Assembly: GCA_003602605.1 (NCBI GenBank)
Contig: QQRW01000037.1
Span: 14,718 to 78,717 of the forward strand
Source of the DNA: Candidatus Poseidoniales archaeon
GTDB lineage: Archaea; Thermoplasmatota; Poseidoniia; Poseidoniales; Poseidoniaceae
DNA: 64,000 bases
Reading direction: 5' to 3'
The position numbers and the translations under genes are program-made. Under the pieces are notes generated by a model that saw only the letters and a list, made by a program, of their open reading frames with translations, did no database searches and had not been told where the DNA came from. Shown here one piece after another: positions 57,701-64,000 of this stretch (within the stretch, counting starts at the first letter, position 1; each line of letters opens with the position of its first letter).

Positions 57701-59775
57701 TCGTAAGGGCCGTTATCTAAGAAATCACCATCGATGACTTGAGGAATGACGATTGTGTAATTTCGGGTAAGAGGAACTGCGTTCACACCACTACCGACCA
57801 ATGCTGCGCTTAGTGTAGGCGTGATGGTCAGTGAAGCTGCAAAGGTACCTGCGACAGGATATTGATTGGCTTGTGGGCCGATAATGTCCAAGGTCGTGTT
57901 CATACTGTCGCCGGGTTGTAGTCCGGAGTAGAGCGGGTTTGAAACAGAAACCGACCAGCGGTCGGCCTCTCCAAAACCACCCTCATTCAACGCAGTGAAG
58001 GACTTTGAAGTCGTAAGTGTAGCGTCCAAGGTCTCGGTTAACAACGTGGGAAGATTGTGGATGACGCGCAAATTCAAATCGATGTTTTGAACAAGTTGAG
58101 TGCCAGTGAGTGTTTGTTCGATTTCTTCGACAGAGAGGTATTGTGGTTCAGGGTCCAAGCCTGGGTCAACAACGATCACGGGTGACACTTTGATTGGAGC
58201 TGTGTCTTGAGAGGGTACGCCTCCACCTATTGGTTGGCATTGAATCCATACATCGAGTTCATCACCGGCCATATTGTATTCGCTGGTGACGATTGGGTTT
58301 TGGATTGCAGGAGCAGTAAGCGTCACGACAACTTGGGTTGTAGCGCCAGATGCAACAGGAGGTGTGATCGATGGGCTGACCTCCCAGGTCCAGTTGAGTG
58401 TTGCGACCGACAACCCGGTCGCCAAAGTGTAGGTCGTTGTGACACTTCCAGTGTTTGTAATTTGGGCAATATACTGCGCCTGACCACCTGGATTGATGGT
58501 CTTGATTGAAGAGTCTTCAATCAGCGTAACATCGCCTTTGAAGAAATCACCAACCATCACACGACCTACTCCCGAGATTTGGTAATTGTCGGGAGAGTTA
58601 ACAGAGGTGAATGTAATAGTAATCTTGTCCGTTTCCGAACGAACTGCGTTAGCGGGAACATTGACATCGAGAGTGACTAGGCGAATGGAGCCAGCGGGAA
58701 GCGTGGCGCCAAAAGAGGCGGAAGAAACATCAGCCCATGGTTTGTTTTGGGTGACCGAGATGGTGAAGAGGTCGGATTCCACACCGGTGTTTTTGACAAC
58801 GAATGTGATAGCAGTCGTATCACCCGGCTCGACAACAAGCGTGGCTGGTTCGATAACGACTGCATTGTAGTCAGAAAATTTCACCCATGATTCTCGAACA
58901 ATAACTGTTTCAGTCCATGAAGTACCGTCGAACTTGACCGATGCTGAGATATTCCAAACGCCCGTGAGTGCTGAGCCATCTACATCAGCGCTTAGAACGC
59001 CAGATTCTTGGAGAGTTGCTGATGAGGCAGGATATGAACCTGGTTGAAGTGTAACTGTGCCCGATGTGAAGGTGATCACCGTCGGAGTAGGCGTCGAGTT
59101 ATCGGTAAGGACGATTGTCATTGTAGCGGAGATTGGCTTGACTCCTGAGTTGGTAACCGATGTATTGAGGGTTGAGATGGCGTTTGGTAGTGCCATTCGG
59201 TTGGTGGTAGGTGAATCTGCGGGGAAAGTATTACCCATCACATCTCCAAGATGTTTGTTTTCTACAGAGAAAGCAAAGCCAACATCTTGAATATTGTTGA
59301 GCAAATCATTTCCTGTCTCTTTGGTGGAGACCAATTTTATCCTAAGTTCTTGCCCAGCACCGTTCGTTGCAATCCATGAGAATGATATCGGCGTGAGATC
59401 AACTTGCCCTGAAGCACCGCTCACGCTACCCATCGAGATGCTATCGACATCCGTGAATCCAAGAGATGGCGAGCCTTTGTGTTGCAAGACAATCCAAAGC
59501 TCGTCGTTTCCAGAACCGACCGCTGAAATGTTTGCGGTGACGATGTGTTCGCCAGGTTCAAGGAAAAGGCTTGAACCAATCACTGCGGAACCTGAATTAC
59601 TGAGTTGCAGTGGATTTCGGAAGTAAAAGTCGAGCGTTGCACGTCCGGAGGTAGACGATGAGGTGCTGGATTCCTCGGCATCAGCAAACGGCAGATACAT
59701 CGGCAACACAAACAGTGCAACAAGCAGTGCTGCCAGCAGAGATTGACGATTGGCATGTTCACGCAGGAGTGTCAC
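54769..59775 (-). CDS. Large surface protein with tandem Ig-like (COG1470/NEW3-like) modules and polytopic C-terminal membrane domain (~1668 aa)
   Basis: Signal peptide LLAALLVALFVLPMYLPFADA after GTG 59775; repeated xNTGN modules; CARDB-like module; ~5 C-terminal TMs. Confidence 0.8.
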   Translation of the reverse strand: MTLLREHANRQSLLAALLVALFVLPMYLPFADAEESSTSSSTSGRATLDFYFRNPLQLSNSGSAVIGSSLFLEPGEHIVTANISAVGSGNDELWIVLQHKGSPSLGFTDVDSISMGSVSGASGQVDLTPISFSWIATNGAGQELRIKLVSTKETGNDLLNNIQDVGFAFSVENKHLGDVMGNTFPADSPTTNRMALPNAISTLNTSVTNSGVKPISATMTIVLTDNSTPTPTVITFTSGTVTLQPGSYPASSATLQESGVLSADVDGSALTGVWNISASVKFDGTSWTETVIVRESWVKFSDYNAVVIEPATLVVEPGDTTAITFVVKNTGVESDLFTISVTQNKPWADVSSASFGATLPAGSIRLVTLDVNVPANAVRSETDKITITFTSVNSPDNYQISGVGRVMVGDFFKGDVTLIEDSSIKTINPGGQAQYIAQITNTGSVTTTYTLATGLSVATLNWTWEVSPSITPPVASGATTQVVVTLTAPAIQNPIVTSEYNMAGDELDVWIQCQPIGGGVPSQDTAPIKVSPVIVVDPGLDPEPQYLSVEEIEQTLTGTQLVQNIDLNLRVIHNLPTLLTETLDATLTTSKSFTALNEGGFGEADRWSVSVSNPLYSGLQPGDSMNTTLDIIGPQANQYPVAGTFAASLTITPTLSAALVGSGVNAVPLTRNYTIVIPQVIDGDFLDNGPYDVPVGVDSSIPMRFANTGNDVGSYRLRIVDNLPENWTANFSDNDQNISNLTADIADGTLDGSSGNAAHIQVVTFNIRTDPLAPAGLNQPITVRIEDPVSGLLIGSEHVFYVVVGQIFNGSLTPTNQSLELDVTDSTFTSIVIKNTGNAPADYEIWLDNSLAGDVDFSIVSPITSSVFIAAGYEETIRIEMNANGDADSDGFYMTTVWVSTNNGQILLSSNVVANITENHSIGISAPEQKAVTPGQMEQVDFDIINNGNLQETVKVTLAVEGNITLSKSELTEVLSIDQTYSDSVNVAIPSLGGADTLVQGSVYNLTITAVNSTTGIVYSTHTVQLLIQPLFIVESSDWPDVMEFQPKSTRTWEVTLLNTGNKDVTVNAVYAITRPGLTNLSTDWEMVTQPSLIVLPINTPVVHSFTAVGTVDLPLLSLTADLTLFLDPTETEVEGSGQFTTQLVMSRFFSTGDIGIEPDINSDFVDVFLPYTNIPTGNGSEVAYMIELCNAERLLNLESMGLSEFEYSWNFSLIVDKFDGTSDVHPLNLDQECGATSLGPTSRYSLLELEAWNPSSIRIEAETPTKGFILPGDGWDLTFRLYHPDENNGYSVYDEETFSLVLAVFADPMIKSISSDEGQFQEGTQSTITVVVQNVGSATALDVVVDLQCEGLTVSTLPSETPALLNRSVASGLNYSMIPFFFATQERTFTWVVTADSIDWWSQRSEVSCVASLNASFMENNVVLNDKMTLKEDVISWSPGVSVSFVAAVTCLLVSIILFRLTSQNDNFRLLAIYAGVVGFGFSFHIFQFAWWGFVVLTLAALWIWRMTWKSTDEFRLLHEDYQRARRGISTLYADHFEELASSRRQLRTILGMPVLGMLAIILGIPPMLTEDRTNVVSIATYVFVVMAGVWFLINRANNMYGELYGRLTDIEVKAIRIERDLSDPARLFNELAADGLNLDDIFGSAEASQALNPENLFSNEEVNDDA

Positions 59776-60190
59776 CCCCTGGAGAGTCGAAACGAGCGAT
59801 GGTGACCTTCTTTCCTTGACGGCGCCACTGCATAAGGAGTTGCTCAAGGAGGCGCTCATGGTCGATGTCTGAGATGCCAAGGCGGCGGCGTTCCTCCCAC
59901 AGAAGCATCTGCTCAGTCTTGGTAAGAAGGGCGTCTCTGAGATACAATTCCAGCGTACGGCGGTATGCATCACGGTCAGAAACTGCGTAAACAATCGTGT
60001 CTCCGGGAAGTTGATCCGCACGATTTTGAATGAGGTTGCCGAGGGTAAGAGCCTCGTCATATGTGATGTCTCGCTTATCCAAGTCGGTTTGAACTGCACT
60101 GGCAATGGTTTGCAAGTCAAACCGCGTGTTGGTACGCTGTATTCGTTTGGAATATCGGCGGCTTCTACGAGACAATCGGACCGCCACCAT
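59759..60190 (-). CDS. Hypothetical basic/helical protein
   Basis: YRRTLELYLRDALLTKTEQMLLWEERRRLGISDIDHERL helical motif; overlaps the start of the next gene. Confidence 0.7.
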   Translation of the reverse strand: MVAVRLSRRSRRYSKRIQRTNTRFDLQTIASAVQTDLDKRDITYDEALTLGNLIQNRADQLPGDTIVYAVSDRDAYRRTLELYLRDALLTKTEQMLLWEERRRLGISDIDHERLLEQLLMQWRRQGKKVTIARFDSPGGDTPA

Positions 60191-60388
60191 GATTATCCTT
60201 GTGACCTGCCGGTTATTGAAAGAATCGGTCAGCACACCCTTGCCAACCCGATATGCGGTAAAATCTACCCGTATCGCATAAAAGACTCACTGAGGGCAAC
60301 TAATTGACATTTTGGCATTTGACATCAGCATGCCCCAGGACACGGAGAAAAGCAATGTTTCATGTCCTGTGAGCCGCACGACTTCTCC

Positions 60389-60874
60389 ATGAGCGACGCA
60401 ATTACACACGAAGTCGGCAATTCAGCACCTGCATTCGAATGTCTAGATTCCAGTGGCAATGTCCACAGCTCGGCTGCCTACCAAGCAGACGGAAAAACTG
60501 TCATACTGTACTTCTACCCTCGAGATTCAACCCCCGGATGCACAACACAGGCTTGTGACTTCAGAGACAACTTTGCCCGGCTAACGACAGAAGGATTCAT
60601 TGTTCTTGGCGTCTCAAAAGATTCCGAAGGCTCCCATGAAAAGTTCATCGCAAAGCAGGAACTAAACTTCCCACTCCTCATGGATCGTGACGGAGAACTG
60701 CATGAAAAGTTCGGAACATGGCGATTGAAAAAGAACTACGGCCGAGAATACATGGGTTGTTCTCGGTCGACATTTGTAATCTCACCCGATGGAAACTTCA
60801 CTTGGCTTCGATACAATGTCAAGGCGAAGGGACACGTTGGTATGCTCATGAGGGAACTCGGACTCGGTGAATGA
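60389..60874 (+). CDS. bcp: Peroxiredoxin Bcp/PrxQ
   Basis: LYFYPRDSTPGCTTQACDFRD, GVSKD, RSTFVI. Confidence 0.93.
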   Translation: MSDAITHEVGNSAPAFECLDSSGNVHSSAAYQADGKTVILYFYPRDSTPGCTTQACDFRDNFARLTTEGFIVLGVSKDSEGSHEKFIAKQELNFPLLMDRDGELHEKFGTWRLKKNYGREYMGCSRSTFVISPDGNFTWLRYNVKAKGHVGMLMRELGLGE

Positions 60875-61392
60875 GGGATTCAATGCCAACTGAGGCTTCA
60901 TTGAGCGGGACTCGAATCGATTTGGGGGGCGGATCAGTTGCTTGGTCACCCTGCCACATCGGCGAGGGTACAGTAATAGGTGTGTCCTGCTCAATTGGCT
61001 CATTAGCTCATATCGGCCGAAACGTCGCATTAGGAAACGGATGTCGAATTCAAGGGGGTGCTTACATTGCCGACGGATGCGAACTCGCCGATGGTGCATT
61101 CATTGGTCCGAATGCAACTCTGTTGAACGACAAGTACCCTCCTTCACAGAATCCACAACAATGGCAGTCGATTCATGTCGGAAAAAATGCCGTCATTGGA
61201 GGAGGTGCAACGATCTTACCAGGGTGCAATGTCGGTCAAGGTGCTGTACTGGGTGCTGGCTCCACCCTCACAAAGCAGCTACCTGAAAACCAAGTATGGG
61301 CAGGTCAACCGGCAACGTTCCTCATGATGCGGAAAGCATACGATGAAAAGCAACTGCAACTCAAACACTCATTGGGCACTGGAGGCAATTGA
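60871..61392 (+). CDS. Hexapeptide-repeat acyltransferase (sugar N-acetyltransferase-like)
   Basis: LbH repeats, FIGPNATLLNDKYP, IGGGATILPG, WAGQPA. Confidence 0.85.
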   Translation: MRDSMPTEASLSGTRIDLGGGSVAWSPCHIGEGTVIGVSCSIGSLAHIGRNVALGNGCRIQGGAYIADGCELADGAFIGPNATLLNDKYPPSQNPQQWQSIHVGKNAVIGGGATILPGCNVGQGAVLGAGSTLTKQLPENQVWAGQPATFLMMRKAYDEKQLQLKHSLGTGGN

Positions 61393-62211
61393 ATGGATAG
61401 AAAGGCAGTAGTTCTCGATTATCTAAAGAAATGCAATGCATACGCAGAAAAATCGATTGCGCGGAAACTCGAACGTGGTGAAGAAGACGAGACTGCGTCT
61501 TGGATATCCTACATTGAGTTCAACAACCACGCCATAGAAGAAATCCAAAACGGCACACTCAACAAGTGGTTTTCACCAATGCCGATGACCAACATGGACC
61601 ATGCAAGGCGAATGGACGTTGAAGCCATTGAGCATGCGCAACGTGCAGGATGGTTGTCCGGACTGCTTTCGCCACGGCCGCTCGTCCTCGCTTCGACCCA
61701 AGACGAGCACGGTAACAAGAATCTCGCACCTTACACCTCTGTGATGGCAGTATCTACCGGTCCACCTTTGCTTATCGCTTCGTTCAGTTGCAACCGTGAG
61801 GGTCGATATCGGGACACACTCCACAATCTTCGCTCTACCAAACGTGCCATTCTCCATTTGATGCCGAGCAGCATTGAGATGGTGAAAGCGATTGATGAAA
61901 CCGCGGCGCCTTTGCCACAAGGTGAAAGTGAATGGAACCTCTCCGGACTCACTGAAAGTCCTCTTGACCCACTGCTCATCAACGAAGCAGTTGCTGCACT
62001 CGAAGTCGAATACATCGAAGATAGGGCACTCCCGGATGCCGTAGCAAGGCTCGCAGTACTGCGAGTTACGGGGCTATGGACTTCTGAATCCACAATTCCA
62101 CCGAGTGGACTGGACATACTGTGTCAGCACGGTCACGACCGTCTCTCTCCTGCCCCGAGTGATTGGGGAGAGAAGGTATTGAAGCACTACGGTGGACGCA
62201 AACTATCGTAA
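61393..62211 (+). CDS. Flavin reductase-like (DIM6/NTAB) protein with extra N-terminal helical domain
   Basis: PRPLVLAST...NLAPYT...PPLL...RDTLHNL...SEW. Confidence 0.8.
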   Translation: MDRKAVVLDYLKKCNAYAEKSIARKLERGEEDETASWISYIEFNNHAIEEIQNGTLNKWFSPMPMTNMDHARRMDVEAIEHAQRAGWLSGLLSPRPLVLASTQDEHGNKNLAPYTSVMAVSTGPPLLIASFSCNREGRYRDTLHNLRSTKRAILHLMPSSIEMVKAIDETAAPLPQGESEWNLSGLTESPLDPLLINEAVAALEVEYIEDRALPDAVARLAVLRVTGLWTSESTIPPSGLDILCQHGHDRLSPAPSDWGEKVLKHYGGRKLS

Positions 62212-63201
62212 TGATTTCCACATCTCTGCAAGTCCTTGACTGAGCGAAGTCGTTGCTCTCCAACCAAGTCGAGATTCTGCCTCAGAGCAATTTGGCAGAC
62301 GACGGCTCACATCACCATGATATCCCTCCTCATGATGTACCTCGGGCATTGGCTGACTCCAAGTTGGATCTGCAGCTGCAGCATCAAAAACCGCCTGTTG
62401 AAGCGATTGAATAGAGATCTCCTCCGTTGAACCTATGTTGAAAGCAGCTCCAGCAAGCGGCGTACCGTCCAATGCAGTATCCATGAGTCCTGCGCGATAA
62501 AAACCGTCAACTGTGTCCGCAATCCATGTGAACGATCGAGTTTGTGTACCCCCATTATGCATTTTTAGAGGCGTATTCTCTAGGACAGAAGAGAAAAACA
62601 TGGCTACAACTTGACCGTATTCGTCACCGAGCAAACGCGGCCCATAGGCGTTAAACGGCCGAACAATTCGAACATCTAAGCCGTCCCGTGCAGCGTGTTG
62701 ACAAGCAATTTCATCGAGATATTTGCTGGCACCATAGGAGTGCCTTTGATGAAGTGAAGGGTCGGTAAATGTCATCTCATTGCCGTTTTGAATCGGTTGT
62801 TGTTTAGCTTCACCAAAGGCTTCTGGAGAGGATGCAAGAATGTATCGCGCATCGTAGGACATCGCCAGTTCCAATGTCCTTAGCGTTCCATTGATGTTCA
62901 CATCAATCACCGAATGTGCAGCCTCATGAAACCATTTGGTACCGTTTACTGCAGCCAAATGAAACACAATATCCACACCTCCTAAGACGTCCATTGCATC
63001 GTCAAGGCGGTCTACATCACGAACATCACCTTGCATAAAGTGAAAACGAGCGTTGCCTTCAATCGAGGCAAGGTTCGACTTTCGTCCTCTGAAAAGTGAG
63101 TCATATGCAAGAACAGTATGGCCCTCTTGAATCAATCTCTCGCACAACGAAGAGCCTATGAAACCGGCACCTCCGGTGACAAGAATTCGTTGTAAGGCCA
63201 T
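62203..63201 (-). CDS. NAD-dependent nucleotide-sugar epimerase/dehydratase (UDP-glucuronate decarboxylase-like)
   Basis: TGGAGFIG, HLAA, YGASK, RPFNAYGP, QTRSF. Confidence 0.9.
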   Translation of the reverse strand: MALQRILVTGGAGFIGSSLCERLIQEGHTVLAYDSLFRGRKSNLASIEGNARFHFMQGDVRDVDRLDDAMDVLGGVDIVFHLAAVNGTKWFHEAAHSVIDVNINGTLRTLELAMSYDARYILASSPEAFGEAKQQPIQNGNEMTFTDPSLHQRHSYGASKYLDEIACQHAARDGLDVRIVRPFNAYGPRLLGDEYGQVVAMFFSSVLENTPLKMHNGGTQTRSFTWIADTVDGFYRAGLMDTALDGTPLAGAAFNIGSTEEISIQSLQQAVFDAAAADPTWSQPMPEVHHEEGYHGDVSRRLPNCSEAESRLGWRATTSLSQGLAEMWKSLR

Positions 63202-63210
63202 ACCGACACC

Positions 63211-64000
63211 TCATTTTTTGCGTTCAAGGACTGTGAGAGTCACGACACCTTGTTCTGATTTCAATTCGACAATATCTCCATCGTTGACATCCATGCAAGG
63301 GTCTGAATCAAACCCGTGGCCGTATGGAAGATCCAACAATGAACACGCTGGAAGAGTAAGAGGGCATACATCTCGGTTGACAATGGCCTTCGGACCTTTC
63401 CCGGTGTACAATAAACCCATCAAGACATACGGAGCAACCGTTGAGCCCGAGCCCTTAGGGTAAATGAGAATCGAATTCTCGATTGCTCGTCCGTCGAGTG
63501 GGTGACCGGTTTCCTCGATGACACCGGTATCTCGATGTACATAGCCAAGATAGGTAATAGGGACATCCGTTACCATTGCAGGTCCTTTCAAACAAAAGTC
63601 TCCTTGACTCTCGAGCGGAGAGCCCGTTAGCACTGCATCGCCGGTTTGAACGGTTTTGGCACTGGCATGTTGGGGTTGTGATTTCGCTTCCAGTACGGGC
63701 TGAGGGCCTGCTGAAAGTGATGCATCAAAAGCGTGCGACACGCAGTCATGAATGGACATCACGCTTGTCGGCAACCGGTTGAGTCCGCTGGTAAGATAGT
63801 GTTCGGCCTTGAGTGAATTGGTGAGCAAATGGTTGTAGTGTGCTCGGTTATACGGTGTGACTTCGGGACACGTGTCTTTCAAAAGAACAGCACCCGCACT
63901 TTCGAGAAGGGCAATGCTACCATCGGCCAAAGCCAGTTCGTAATTTTCACCGCTGGTAAAGACCCATAATCGCTGATCGGGAATCTTGGCGCCCATCTCT
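63211..64000 (-). CDS. Aconitase X family protein, fused large (DUF521) + swivel (DUF126) domains, 5'-truncated by the window edge
   Basis: DTCPEV and TNSLKAEHY (large domain); GHPLDG, PKGSGSTV and GPKAIV (swivel domain). Frame is open to the window end. Confidence 0.8.
   Translation of the reverse strand, partial: EMGAKIPDQRLWVFTSGENYELALADGSIALLESAGAVLLKDTCPEVTPYNRAHYNHLLTNSLKAEHYLTSGLNRLPTSVMSIHDCVSHAFDASLSAGPQPVLEAKSQPQHASAKTVQTGDAVLTGSPLESQGDFCLKGPAMVTDVPITYLGYVHRDTGVIEETGHPLDGRAIENSILIYPKGSGSTVAPYVLMGLLYTGKGPKAIVNRDVCPLTLPACSLLDLPYGHGFDSDPCMDVNDGDIVELKSEQGVVTLTVLERKK

Noticed and set aside
59776..60120. First 115 codons of the 1783-aa ORF
   Set aside because: Overlap the 143-aa gene on the same strand; the signal peptide begins right after GTG 59775.

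Overview
Archaeal chromosomal window, most consistent with Marine Group II Euryarchaeota (Poseidoniales, Thermoplasmatota). This is inferred from the archaellum operon lacking che genes, archaeal pilin, SAMP and Nob1 genes, an intron-less CCA-less tRNA, and giant secreted proteins. About 45% of the window encodes four very large cell-surface proteins (about 4590, 2395, 1670 and 1012 aa). It also holds a MacB/LolCDE-type ABC transporter, an arlB-arlB-(X)-arlF-G-H-I-J archaellum cluster, tRNA-Glu(TTC), a K+-dependent membrane pyrophosphatase, PolX-PHP, endonuclease III, redox genes and a 5'-truncated fused aconitase X. The main highlight is the 4590-aa adhesin-like ORF (1102..14874). It ends with a TM anchor, a short acidic loop and then a complete in-frame archaeal type IV pilin with its own class III cleavage site (DDEMA|VSPVIATILMVAIT), i.e. 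a candidate adhesin-pilin polyprotein split by the prepilin peptidase. The same protein carries a circularly permuted NIDO-like domain, and its gene is followed by a five-hairpin 3' region. No CRISPR array, integrase, transposase or reverse transcriptase was seen. All family assignments are by eye from motifs; no database searches were run.
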